A stretch of DNA of 64,000 nucleotides. It comes from Candidatus Poseidoniaceae archaeon (GTDB lineage Archaea > Thermoplasmatota > Poseidoniia > Poseidoniales > Poseidoniaceae). The position numbers and the translations under genes are program-made. Each line of letters opens with the position of its first letter. Within the stretch, counting starts at the first letter, position 1. The notes under the pieces are model-generated. The model had not been told where the DNA came from. It searched no databases and saw only the letters and a list, made by a program, of their open reading frames with translations. Below are positions 55,065 to 64,000 of the stretch, piece after piece. The DNA is taken from assembly GCA_943788655.1 (NCBI GenBank), contig CALSRB010000002.1:395081-459080 (forward strand), written 5' to 3'.

Positions 55065-56450
55065 ATGGCAGAACTCTTTGTTATTGGACTCGGACTTTTC
55101 CTTTTTGTCCTCTTGGGTACGATTTACGTTGCAACCCAGCGGTACAAACTTGCACCATCGGACCAAATCCTTGTCGTCTATGGTAACGTGAAAGACAAAC
55201 AATCGGCAGAATGTATCCACGGTGGTGGAAAGATTGTCTGGCCTTTGATCCAGCACTACGCATACTTGTCGCTGCGCCCTATGACGCTCAACATCCCGCT
55301 CAAGCATGCCCTTTCAAAGCAAAACATCCGAATCAATGTTCCTTCTTCCTTCACAATCGGTATCTCAACTGAGCCATCGATTATGCAGAACGCTGCAACT
55401 CGTTTGCTCGGCCTGCCACAAAACGACATCGAGAAGCTCGCAGAAGACATCATCTTTGGTCAACTTCGGTTGACCGTTGCTTCGCTCACCATCGAACAGG
55501 TCAACCAAGACCGTGATTCGTTCCTGCGAATCGTGTTCACCAACGTCGACACAGAACTGCACAAGCTTGGTTTGTACCTCATCAACGTCAACGTTGTTGA
55601 CATCACTGACGAGCGACAATACATTGAGTCGATTGGTACCAAGGCCGCAGAGACTGCAGTCAACGAAGCACTGGTTGAGACTGCAATCGCTCGCTCGACT
55701 GGTGAACTTGGCCGTGCAAAGGCAGACCGAGAGCGTGAAGTTGGTGTCGCGCAAAACTCCGCAGAGTCCGAAAAAGGACAGAAGGAAGCAGAAGTCAACC
55801 GACGTATTTTCGTCATGCAACAAGAAGCAATGGGTAAGCAAGGTGAAAACGTTGCAGCCGCAGAGATTGCTGATTTCGAAGCCGATCTTTTGGTCAAGCA
55901 AGCAGACGCACGAAAGCGTGCAGAAGTCGCCCAACGTATTGCACAGAAGGAAATTGAATCCGCTCAGTACGAACTGGAAGGCGAGCGATTGCGTGCTCTC
56001 GAAGTCGTTCGTGAAGAAGTCTCCAAGCAAACGGTCGAAATTGCTGCAGAAGCCGAGGCTGAACGTCAACGCCGAATCGCACAAGGTCAAGCCGATGCTA
56101 CCCTTGCACGCTACCAAGCAGAAGCAGAAGGTACACGAGCGGTTCTCGAAGCAAAGGCTGCGGGTTACTCTCAACTTGTTGCAAGCGCTGGTGGCGACGC
56201 CCGTGCGGCTGCTACGCTCCTGATGGTCGAGAAGATGGAAGAATTGGTTGCACGACAAACAGAAGCAATCTCCAACCTCAAGATCGACAAGATCACAGTA
56301 TGGGACTCCGGAAACGGAGCAAACGGCGAAGGTGGATCAACCTCCAACTTCATCTCCTCCCTCATGCAAAGCCTACCACCAGTCCACGATGTGGCAAAGA
56401 TGGCTGGCGTTGAATTGCCAGAGTACCTTGGTCACATCAAGGACGAGTGA
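55065..56450 (+). CDS. Flotillin-like SPFH/band-7 protein
   Basis: N-terminal membrane hairpin, SPFH core, long EA/EQ-rich flotillin-type coiled coil; ATG 55065 preferred over the TTG at 54960. Confidence 0.8.
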   Translation: MAELFVIGLGLFLFVLLGTIYVATQRYKLAPSDQILVVYGNVKDKQSAECIHGGGKIVWPLIQHYAYLSLRPMTLNIPLKHALSKQNIRINVPSSFTIGISTEPSIMQNAATRLLGLPQNDIEKLAEDIIFGQLRLTVASLTIEQVNQDRDSFLRIVFTNVDTELHKLGLYLINVNVVDITDERQYIESIGTKAAETAVNEALVETAIARSTGELGRAKADREREVGVAQNSAESEKGQKEAEVNRRIFVMQQEAMGKQGENVAAAEIADFEADLLVKQADARKRAEVAQRIAQKEIESAQYELEGERLRALEVVREEVSKQTVEIAAEAEAERQRRIAQGQADATLARYQAEAEGTRAVLEAKAAGYSQLVASAGGDARAAATLLMVEKMEELVARQTEAISNLKIDKITVWDSGNGANGEGGSTSNFISSLMQSLPPVHDVAKMAGVELPEYLGHIKDE

Positions 56451-56545
56451 AGCCACACGGCGCCCAAATGCGGGTCCTCAAACTGCGTTCATGGCGCTGG
56501 TTTGAGCCGAGGGATTGAAAGCCAAAACGACACGGACCAAGGTCT

Positions 56546-58261
56546 ATGGCAAGCGACTTGGAAATTGCTCGAGCAGCAACACTCGAACCGATTGAAACCA
56601 TTGCATGGAAATTAGGCATTTCAAGCCACGAACTTCTCCCAATGGGAAGAGGCATGGCCAAAATCACCTGGGAAGCCCTAAGCGAGCGCTTTTCACGCCC
56701 TCAAGGCAGCCTTGTCCTCGTCACATCTGTCAACCCCACTCCGTTTGGCGAGGGAAAAACCGTGACGACAATCGGACTCACTCAGGCCCTGTGCGCCATT
56801 GGCCAATCTGCCACATGTGTGATTCGGGAACCATCAATGGGTCCAGTGTTTGGCATCAAAGGCGGTGCAGCGGGTGGCGGTCAGTCCCAAGTTCTCCCAA
56901 TGGAAGAAATTAACCTCCATTTTACCGGTGATTTGCATGCCGTTACTTCTGCGCACAACCTTCTTTCAGCCCTCGTCGACAACCACATTAAGCATGGAAA
57001 CGCAACAAAACTAGATCCAACTCGCATCTTTTGGCCAAGAGTCATCGACATGAACGACCGTGCGTTGAGAAATGTCACTGTTGGACTTGGTGGGCCAGCG
57101 AATGGCAACCCACGGCAAGACCGATTTGATATCACAGCAGCAAGCGAAGTCATGGCCATCTTGGTCCTTGCAAAAGACTACGCAGATTTGCGAAGCCGTC
57201 TTGGCAACATCGTGGTTGGGCAATCCACAGATGGAAACCCTGTCAAAGCAGAAGAAATGGGGGCCGCAGGAGCCATGGCACTGCTGCTCAGAAACGCATT
57301 CCTACCAAATTTAGTTCAAACACTGGAGGGGAATCCAGCGTTCATTCATGGTGGACCATTTGCAAACATCGCTCATGGCAATTCAAGCATCATAGGCGAC
57401 CGTTTGGCACTTGGCGCTGCAGACATTGTCGTCACTGAAGCAGGCTTTGGATCTGACATGGGGGCTGAGAAATTCATGCACATCAAGGCAGCGAACTCGG
57501 GTAAAGCACCAGATTGTGTGGTTATGAACGTCACCGTCCGCTCCATGAAGTTGCACGGCGGTGCTTTTGGTAGCCGTGGAGGCTATCGCCCAAGTCGAGA
57601 AGAATTAGATGCTGAGAACATTGAGGCCGTGAAGCAGGGGGCTCAAGGGAACTTAGACCGTCATATTAGGAACATGGCCGGATTTGGCATGCCCGTTATC
57701 GTATCAATCAACAGATTCACGGCAGACACCGATGGAGAACTCGAGGCTTTAACGGCGGCTGCCCGAGCAAGCGGAGCGCATGCAGTCACCCTTACAGAAG
57801 TCCATGCCAACGGTGGTAAAGGTGGAGAACCACTGGCCAAAGCCGTCGTTTCTTCAATTCAAGACCATGTTGCAGCAGGCCGTCCATTCACACCACTCTT
57901 CCTGAAAGATGCCCCTGTCATGGAGAAAGTCAACGGAATCGCAAAGCGAATCTACAAGGCGGAAGGCGTCGTTGTCGAAGCGAAAGCAAAGAAACAACTG
58001 GCAGCAATCGAATCATGGGGCTATGGGCACCTTCCCGTGTGCATGGCGAAAACACAGTACTCATTCTCACATGATGCAGGTCAACTTGGAGCTCCAGTCG
58101 GGTTCACAATCCCAGTCAGAGAGTTCCGCCTCAACGCTGGAGCAGGATTCATTGTGGCCGTCCTTGGGAACATGATGACCATGCCTGGTTTGCCAAAGCG
58201 ACCGGCTGCGGCAGATATGGACATGGATGAAAACGGCCAACTAACCGGCGTATTTGGGTGA
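56546..58261 (+). CDS. fhs: Formate--tetrahydrofolate ligase
   Basis: PTPFGEGKTVTTIGL P-loop signature; 571 aa; collinear with Fhs. Confidence 0.9.
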   Translation: MASDLEIARAATLEPIETIAWKLGISSHELLPMGRGMAKITWEALSERFSRPQGSLVLVTSVNPTPFGEGKTVTTIGLTQALCAIGQSATCVIREPSMGPVFGIKGGAAGGGQSQVLPMEEINLHFTGDLHAVTSAHNLLSALVDNHIKHGNATKLDPTRIFWPRVIDMNDRALRNVTVGLGGPANGNPRQDRFDITAASEVMAILVLAKDYADLRSRLGNIVVGQSTDGNPVKAEEMGAAGAMALLLRNAFLPNLVQTLEGNPAFIHGGPFANIAHGNSSIIGDRLALGAADIVVTEAGFGSDMGAEKFMHIKAANSGKAPDCVVMNVTVRSMKLHGGAFGSRGGYRPSREELDAENIEAVKQGAQGNLDRHIRNMAGFGMPVIVSINRFTADTDGELEALTAAARASGAHAVTLTEVHANGGKGGEPLAKAVVSSIQDHVAAGRPFTPLFLKDAPVMEKVNGIAKRIYKAEGVVVEAKAKKQLAAIESWGYGHLPVCMAKTQYSFSHDAGQLGAPVGFTIPVREFRLNAGAGFIVAVLGNMMTMPGLPKRPAAADMDMDENGQLTGVFG

Positions 58262-59331
58262 CCAGAATGAAAATTTTGAAGCGCGAGCCCACGCTTTGGC
58301 GTTTGCGTGTCGAATCCGACGATGACCTTTGGACGCTCTCCCACCTCGCACGACCCGGCCTTCAACTGGGCATGCTTGGGGAGCGACGTGACCAAACCAC
58401 CTCCGGTGAAGAGGGAGGCAGAGCGAAGGTGGCAGAACGAAAAAAAATGTGGATTCGCCTCAACATCGAGACAACGGAATACCAAGCATTTAGTGAGTCA
58501 CTCCGAATTCATGGCATCATTGACGAGGCTAAATTCGATGTTGGTATGCACCACACCCATGTGGTGGAAGTTCGTGATGAGGTCGAGATCACAGCGGCCT
58601 CAGCGTTCACAACAGCGGACGACGACCTCTTGCGCGAGTCTGAAAAGGCGGCGCACCAGGTGAGCGTCGCTTTGGCAATGGTTGAAAACGACGAGATTGT
58701 CTTGTTTTACATCACGCCACGAGGCCTCAAAGAAGGGGCAACATGGACAATGCGCGGTGGAGGAAAACGTGGCGACATCAAGCAATCTTCGGGAATCACC
58801 GCAACCTTCCGCTCAAATGTCATCAAAGCAGTCAAAGCCACCCTCGATGAAACGACACCGCTTCTTCTCTGTGGGCCCGGTCACGCAAGGGAAACCCTGC
58901 TCAAGGAATTCCAAGCATCCGGCGAGGTTCGATTGATGAAGTCAATTGCGACTTCAATGGCTGGACGAGCAGGCGCCAACGAATTGCTTCGTGAAGGCCT
59001 CGCCGGCGATTTACTCAGCGAATACGCCATTACCAAAGAAACGACGTTGTTAGACGAAGCATGGAAGCGCTTGTCCACAAATGGCGCCGTCGCCTATGGG
59101 CCGAAGGACCTCATGAGGGCGATGGAGGAAGGTGCAATTGAGACGTTCCTGATCACTGCAGAACTGCTCCGAAGCACTGATGCCTCCATTGACGGGATGC
59201 AATGGTCCACATGGGTCAACGGACTGTCTGCCATTGGGGCAGACCTGATTCAGTGTTCGTCAGACCACGATGCCGGCCAGCAACTAATTGGAATGGGTGG
59301 AGCAATCGCCCTTTTACGCTACACAATGTGA
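58258..59331 (+). CDS. pelA: Pelota (aPelota/Dom34) mRNA surveillance factor
   Basis: N-terminal Sm-like domain MKILKREPTLWRLRVESDDDLWTL, central and eRF1-like C-domains; 4-nt overlap with fhs. Confidence 0.85.
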   Translation: MTRMKILKREPTLWRLRVESDDDLWTLSHLARPGLQLGMLGERRDQTTSGEEGGRAKVAERKKMWIRLNIETTEYQAFSESLRIHGIIDEAKFDVGMHHTHVVEVRDEVEITAASAFTTADDDLLRESEKAAHQVSVALAMVENDEIVLFYITPRGLKEGATWTMRGGGKRGDIKQSSGITATFRSNVIKAVKATLDETTPLLLCGPGHARETLLKEFQASGEVRLMKSIATSMAGRAGANELLREGLAGDLLSEYAITKETTLLDEAWKRLSTNGAVAYGPKDLMRAMEEGAIETFLITAELLRSTDASIDGMQWSTWVNGLSAIGADLIQCSSDHDAGQQLIGMGGAIALLRYTM

Positions 59332-59339
59332 GGGAAAAA

Positions 59340-59648
59340 ATGAGAATCGTGAACCTTGATGAGTTGGGCGACAACCCACGCCAAGCCATGGCAGGAGCTC
59401 GTTGGTTGGTGATGAAAGGTTCGCAAGTGGCCCAATCCACTGGATTGTTAATGTTCACAGAACTTGACGATATACTCGTGGCTGTCGATCATCGAGGCGC
59501 TGTGCCTCAGCCAGGATTATGGCAACGAGCCGTTCACTGCATCATGATTGATGGAACCGCAGAGGAAGCAGAAGCATTTCGACGTTCTTCTGGTATTACC
59601 AAAGTGATTGCTGAGTCAAGTGAACCAATTGAAACTCACCTATGGTAG
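59340..59648 (+). CDS. Hypothetical small protein (possibly cupin-like)
   Basis: 102 aa from ATG 59340; the upstream part of ORF 59202 overlaps pelA and is discarded. Confidence 0.3.
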   Translation: MRIVNLDELGDNPRQAMAGARWLVMKGSQVAQSTGLLMFTELDDILVAVDHRGAVPQPGLWQRAVHCIMIDGTAEEAEAFRRSSGITKVIAESSEPIETHLW

Positions 59649-59649
59649 A

Positions 59650-59722
59650 TGGGTCTGGAGGGATTTGAACCCTCGATCAACGCCGTGTAAGGGCGGTGTC
59701 ATAACCACTAGACCACAGACCC
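59650..59722 (-). tRNA. tRNA-Val(UAC), no encoded CCA
   Basis: Reverse complement folds as GGGUCUG/CAGACCC acceptor (7 perfect pairs), anticodon loop CUUACAC, T-loop GAGGGUUCAAAUCCCUC. Confidence 0.85.
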
Positions 59723-59803
59723 AACCCATCGTGGAAGCCCCGGTTCTTGAAGCCATTGCAGGAGGGTTAACCTCAAAGGCGATGAGCCACGCCCCCAAAA
59801 TGA

Positions 59804-60493
59804 ATGGATGAAGATGTCCAAGCGGCCGCTGCTCGGCTGGTGCGCCGCCTCAAAGAGGGTGGCCACACCATCACCGTAGCAGAATCTTGTACAGGAGGAT
59901 TGCTCGCGAGCGCCTTCACAGATATCGCAGGCGCCTCACAATGGTTCAACCAATCGTGGGTCACCTATTCCAACGAATCAAAAATGACTGAACTTGGCGT
60001 CAGCGCCGATCTTTTGGAAAAGAAAGGGGCTGTCTCAGCTGGTGTCGCTATGGCCATGGCACAAGGTGCTGTCAAGCGAGCAAATGCAAGCATTGCCATT
60101 TCAATCACCGGCATCGCAGGACCATCCAACGATGGAACCAACAAAAAAGTCGGCATGGTGTATGTGGGCATTGCCTCCTCAACAAACTGGGCGAACGCCG
60201 AATCGACACAAATAGGTGGAAACAGAGCAGAAAATAAAATTGCATTCGTTCATTTTGCTCTTCTCACAGCCATTCGTTGCTGGGACGACGCAATGGCCCT
60301 TGCAGAAGAGAACAAGCGGGCTGAAGATGAAGCCTTGATAGCAAAGGCAAAAGCGGAGGCCCTCTTTGAAATCGAACGGGCTCAGCGGGATGCTGCTGCT
60401 CGTGAAGCCACGCCCTGGAAGGGTGATGAATGGGATGGTACAAATGGCCAACCTGACAAAGATGATGAGATCGATTCGGACATCGAGTGGTAA
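59804..60493 (+). CDS. CinA C-terminal-domain family protein (PncC-like nicotinamide-nucleotide amidase) with an acidic C-terminal extension
   Basis: TVAESCTGGLLA hallmark motif. Confidence 0.75.
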   Translation: MDEDVQAAAARLVRRLKEGGHTITVAESCTGGLLASAFTDIAGASQWFNQSWVTYSNESKMTELGVSADLLEKKGAVSAGVAMAMAQGAVKRANASIAISITGIAGPSNDGTNKKVGMVYVGIASSTNWANAESTQIGGNRAENKIAFVHFALLTAIRCWDDAMALAEENKRAEDEALIAKAKAEALFEIERAQRDAAAREATPWKGDEWDGTNGQPDKDDEIDSDIEW

Positions 60494-60526
60494 TTCACTT
60501 TCGCCTTTCAGACCTCACCCACCGGT

Positions 60527-62194
60527 GTGCTTTTGGAGGGGCTACGCCACCTTGAGCCCATGGGTGCCCCGTGGGAAGAGATTCTCCCTGTTCTTCGGAA
60601 GAGGGGGATTGTCCCAACTGCGTCCGTTCGGCAAGATTTGATCGAATTGGATGACCTTCAATCCGTGCTCGATTGCTCTGAAGCGGTTGGATTTGAGCGC
60701 GGTTTTCTCACTGCTGAAATCCTCGAAGACATGATGGCGGTTTGGCGAGGTAAGCAGCGAATGATGGCTGCCTCCACGAGCAATGCGGTCGTCGCCCCAA
60801 CCACACCTACGAAAGCAGTGCCTGCGCAGGTGGCAACAGACCTTGGTCGAACAATTGCGCCCGTCCACGAACCAGAACCACTGGACATTCGATTCCGCAA
60901 CAACTTACCAGACTGGAAGGAGTCAGATTACAGTGAGCATGCAAGCGATGCATCGAGTGACATCTTGGTTCATTATGACATCACAGGGAACAGCACAACG
61001 GAAGGTAAAATGTCGGACATCACATCGTGCTTTAGTGACCGTTTGCAAAGCATTCGAAAGATGATTATACAAAATTCCAGACTGCCAAGAACGCCGACTG
61101 AAATTGCACGACTGCATGCAGAAAGCAGTCGCTACCAGGGCTATGAGAACAAAGCAGTGGCCATTGGGCTTGTCAATGAACCAAGGTACACCAAGAATGG
61201 GCATCTGATTTGGAACCTTGAGGATGAAACTGGTGAACTGACCTGTTTGCTCACCAAAAGAAAAGGCGATGATCGTGACCGTGCCCATGAACAAATTTTG
61301 GAAGCCGGATTGATGCCTGATGATGTGCTCGGAGTATCGGGGACCTTCAGTCAAACAGGGGATATGTTCTACGTTGACGATCTGCATTTCCCAATGAAAG
61401 ACAGGCACGTGAAGGCAAGCGCAGAACACGGCGTGAGCGTGGCATTCCTGTCCGATATCCACGTAGGATCCAAGACCTTCCTTGAAGCACAATGGCACAA
61501 GATGGTTCGATGGTTCCACACCGACCCACTTGCTAAGACCATCAAGTACCTCATTCTCTCAGGAGACTGTGTCGATGGCGTAGGAATCTATCCCGGACAA
61601 GACAGTGAATTATCCATCCCCGATTTGTTTGGACAGTACCAAGAATTTGCACGCCTGTTGGAACTGCTGCCAGAATGGGTTGAATGCGTGATGCTCCCTG
61701 GAAACCACGATGCTGTCCGACCCGCAGAACCTCAACCTACGTTTGAAAAAGATATCCAGCAAGATTTCAACACCACCACATTCGTTGGAAACCCCTGTGA
61801 CTTCTCGCTTCATGGTGTTCGGTTGTTATCTTACCATGGAAAGTCGATTGACGATTTCGTAGCAGGCCTTCGAACCGTGACCTATGCCGACCCAGTGGAA
61901 GCAATGAGACAAATGCTCCGCAGACGGCACTTAGCCCCCCAATGGGGTGGAAAAACGCCATTATCTCCCGAACCGGAAGATGGGCTTGTGATTCGTGAAG
62001 TCCCTGATATCTTTGTCACCGGCCACGTGCATGGACATGCGTGTATCGATTACAAGGGCACGACGTTGATCTGTTCCAGCACATGGCAGGACCAAACCTC
62101 CTACCAACGGATGCTTGGTTTCCAACCGAAACCATGTATGCTGACAATTGTCAATTTGAAGAGTCATGCAACAACGGCCATACCATTTGCCTGA
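60527..62194 (+). CDS. DNA polymerase II (PolD) small subunit DP1
   Basis: Calcineurin-like phosphoesterase motifs (FLSDIHVGS, LSGDCVDG, MLPGNHD, GHVHG) with an OB-fold N-region; archaea-specific. Confidence 0.85.
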   Translation: MLLEGLRHLEPMGAPWEEILPVLRKRGIVPTASVRQDLIELDDLQSVLDCSEAVGFERGFLTAEILEDMMAVWRGKQRMMAASTSNAVVAPTTPTKAVPAQVATDLGRTIAPVHEPEPLDIRFRNNLPDWKESDYSEHASDASSDILVHYDITGNSTTEGKMSDITSCFSDRLQSIRKMIIQNSRLPRTPTEIARLHAESSRYQGYENKAVAIGLVNEPRYTKNGHLIWNLEDETGELTCLLTKRKGDDRDRAHEQILEAGLMPDDVLGVSGTFSQTGDMFYVDDLHFPMKDRHVKASAEHGVSVAFLSDIHVGSKTFLEAQWHKMVRWFHTDPLAKTIKYLILSGDCVDGVGIYPGQDSELSIPDLFGQYQEFARLLELLPEWVECVMLPGNHDAVRPAEPQPTFEKDIQQDFNTTTFVGNPCDFSLHGVRLLSYHGKSIDDFVAGLRTVTYADPVEAMRQMLRRRHLAPQWGGKTPLSPEPEDGLVIREVPDIFVTGHVHGHACIDYKGTTLICSSTWQDQTSYQRMLGFQPKPCMLTIVNLKSHATTAIPFA

Positions 62195-62197
62195 GGA

Positions 62198-62887
62198 TTA
62201 AACGCCAAGGTACGGCGCTACATCAAGCAGGTTTTTTCCCAACACAATTGGAACGCCGGCTTCCTCAAAAGATGAGATTGATGAATCTCGGGTTGGATTG
62301 AATCCAATGAAATGTCCGCCTTCAATGTGCATGGATAAATCCATTTCGGAGTCGCCGAGACTAACACAACCTTCTGCCGTTAGGCCATTCATTTCCAACA
62401 AGCGTTCGATGATCTCGCCTTTGCCAGTGGCATGGAGACGGCACACACCCTCGTCGCTCAAGGTGTCATCATCATTGAATACAAACCCATTCGCAATCCA
62501 ATCATCAACCTTCAGCATTGCAGCAATGGAGGCGACAAACAAGTCGACACCAGCACTCACAATAGCGACAAAGATGCCCTTGTCTTGCAATCGTTGCACT
62601 AGCTCTCTGGCACCGGACATCAGCTGCACACCTGCATAGGCCCGAAACAGGTCATCTTTGTGAATGGGATCTTCGATTGATTTCCATTTTTTTATGTCAA
62701 GACGCATGAACTCTGTGTCGGTGATCTCACCCCGAATGAATCGTTGCAAATTCTCAGCGTTGTCTGTACCGAAGTGGTCGTGCAAGGTCCGCCACGAACT
62801 GACAGCATCGACAAGTACACCGTCGCAATCAAACACCACACATGTCACGTCAGTAAGCGGGCTTGGCGCTGTTGAATGGGTGTTCAT
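62198..62887 (-). CDS. HAD-superfamily hydrolase, subfamily IB (phosphoserine phosphatase-like)
   Basis: FDCDGVL (DxDxV/T) motif I, SAGVD motif II, GDSEMD motif IV. Confidence 0.7.
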   Translation of the reverse strand: MNTHSTAPSPLTDVTCVVFDCDGVLVDAVSSWRTLHDHFGTDNAENLQRFIRGEITDTEFMRLDIKKWKSIEDPIHKDDLFRAYAGVQLMSGARELVQRLQDKGIFVAIVSAGVDLFVASIAAMLKVDDWIANGFVFNDDDTLSDEGVCRLHATGKGEIIERLLEMNGLTAEGCVSLGDSEMDLSMHIEGGHFIGFNPTRDSSISSFEEAGVPIVLGKNLLDVAPYLGV

Positions 62888-62959
62888 GCTTCACGCAGGT
62901 TCGTCTGCTTTGAAAGGCTTCCCAACCAGATGGGAGAGAAAAGAAATCACAGAAGTGAA

Positions 62960-63100
62960 AAAAGGGGGGGCCGAAGACAGGGGGCCCCTTTCGGAAACCC
63001 CCTGCGTTCGGGCAGGCTTTCCACCGCTCGGGTGGATCATCCCATCACTGGGATGTTGGGAGGCAGAAGGGAAAGGGACCTGAGTCCCTTTCCCTAATGC
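62960..63100. ncRNA. Candidate structured small RNA or regulatory element: GC-rich cluster of perfect hairpins in the 243-nt intergenic region
   Basis: Hairpins GGGGCC-n10-GGCCCC, CAGGGGG-n13-CCCCCUG, CCACC-GCUCG-GGUGG, AUCCCA-UCAC-UGGGAU, GGGAAAGGGAC-CUGA-GUCCCUUUCCC (11-bp stem); the local GC is far above its surroundings. Confidence 0.25.
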
Positions 63101-63130
63101 GTCCGATTGTCTTCACGTCGGTCTTGAACC

Positions 63131-63682
63131 TCAAGCCTTGGTGTCGTATGACAAATCGTTCCAGGTCTTGAGCAAAGCGCCCTTTCCTACGCTAGGTGCG
63201 TAGGTCAACTGGATTGTCACGTCTTCCAAAGGTGTGCCGTCTGGGGCGTGGGTTCGCACAAAGATGGTGTCTCCAGTGTTGAAGGTCGAAACAGAGTCTG
63301 CTCCTTCCTTGTTCACTTGGTCGACAAAGGTGACGAACTCGTCACTGTTGTCCGGGTTGAACCCGTAGACACCGTTTGTGTCAGCCATGTTGGCATCATG
63401 CGTTGCCGTGTTACCGTCTGCATCAGTGTAGATGATTCGGAGCACAACAGCTTGTGTTGCCAAGTCTGTTTCAGACGCTTGCACTGTAATTCGCCAGTGG
63501 CCGGTCTCAGCATCGAAGCCGTCGATGTCTTCGATATCGAAGGTGATCCGAGGAACACCCTTGGTATCGACATCAGCGAGGCTGCTTGCCCAAACGTAGA
63601 TCACACCAGAGAGCACGACGGTGATTGCGACCATCAAGATGGTAGCAATCACTGGGCTCACTGCAGCGTCGTCATCGACCAT
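63131..63682 (-). CDS. Archaeal type IV pilin-like protein (class III signal peptide, Pilin_N-type hydrophobic N-terminus)
   Basis: MVDDDAAVSPVIATILMVAITVVLSGVIYVWASSL matches the VSPVIA(T/V)ILMVAITV archaeal pilin N-domain. The ORF-track ORF extends to 63907 with 75 extra N-terminal residues that may or may not be translated. Confidence 0.55.
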   Translation of the reverse strand: MVDDDAAVSPVIATILMVAITVVLSGVIYVWASSLADVDTKGVPRITFDIEDIDGFDAETGHWRITVQASETDLATQAVVLRIIYTDADGNTATHDANMADTNGVYGFNPDNSDEFVTFVDQVNKEGADSVSTFNTGDTIFVRTHAPDGTPLEDVTIQLTYAPSVGKGALLKTWNDLSYDTKA

Positions 63683-64000
63683 GGTCTCGGCGACTTCTTC
63701 TTCATCGTCAGCACGGCGGCTGGAGAAGGCGAGGGCGCTCACGAAGAGACCAGTTAGGCTGACCACAACGATGCTTGGTGCAAACGATGGGACCGAGGAG
63801 GCACCGATGGTACGAACAACGCTTGGGAGCGATTGGCTCGTAGCTTCGAAGGTGCCAGGTGGCTGGTTGGCGTGGTTACAGATCGAGCCGACTTCAAGGG
63901 ACGTCATTCGGTTGTTACACCAGTTGCTGTCCTCAAGGAGTGGTCGACGCTCGGAGGTCTGGGTAGCGTTGCTACCGTACTGTCCAGGCTTGGACCAGTC

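Noticed and set aside
55365-56258. 297-aa minus-strand ORF antisense to flotillin; 13055..13585 minus antisense to lon; 47419..48033 minus antisense to gatD; 42561..43169 minus within the giant gene
   Set aside because: These lie entirely inside well-supported genes on the other strand and have Cys/Ser/Arg-rich low-complexity translations. They are shadow ORFs.
1-64000. rRNA genes, CRISPR arrays, restriction-modification or toxin-antitoxin modules
   Set aside because: No rRNA-like conserved stretches and no repeat-spacer arrays seen. No methyltransferase/endonuclease or small paired TA ORFs were identified by eye. Their absence from a 64-kb window is unremarkable.

Overview
The gene content is clearly archaeal: TFB, RFC small subunit, PolD small subunit (DP1), aPelota, ribosomal protein L40e, archaeal-type AspRS, GatD, LonB, an A24 prepilin-peptidase homolog, an archaeal Pilin_N-type pilin, and an intron-containing tRNA-Met. 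Bulk GC is moderate, roughly 50-55% by eye. Housekeeping genes (aspS, bacterial-type metK, trmI, purA, gatD, fhs, aroE, an acyl-CoA carboxyltransferase, CinA-like, a HAD phosphatase, an NfeD-flotillin pair, and MFS, AI-2E and APC transporters) are interspersed with five very large secreted, C-terminally membrane-anchored surface proteins (888 to about 3080 aa, one gene about 9.2 kb). That combination resembles marine planktonic euryarchaea such as Marine Group II / Poseidoniales; this is an inference and was not checked against any database. The main accessory feature is a low-GC (about 40%) islet of about 6.2 kb inserted at the 3' end of tRNA-Ala(UGC) and bounded by a perfect 16-bp direct repeat of the tRNA 3' end (23107-23122 and 29319-29334). 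It has no recognisable integrase. It carries a compact module of a 2-TM membrane protein, a 430-aa coiled-coil protein, a bactofilin-like beta-helix protein, a Zn-ribbon protein with five EDDLPLPPPPA repeats, an SPFH-like coiled-coil Zn-ribbon protein and a tail-anchored coiled-coil protein; none has an obvious homolog to me. The C-terminus of the islet Zn-ribbon/polyproline protein carries a WW-domain-like motif (GxEWxExENGxWY[YF][RK]xP[DE]xxW). Nearly the same motif ends the cytoplasmic tail of the chromosomal 3,0xx-aa giant surface protein, and variants end the 888-aa and 1158-aa giants. I propose a polyproline / WW-like tail-scaffold interaction system as the candidate novel biology here. 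Also notable are a -1 frameshift inside an (N-G-T)n N-glycosylation-sequon repeat that splits a roughly 1376-aa surface protein, an APC transporter fused to an EF-hand pair, and a GC-rich hairpin-dense intergenic region that may encode a structured small RNA. Three tRNAs are present: Ala, an intron-containing Met(CAU), and Val. L40e was missed by the ORF track.
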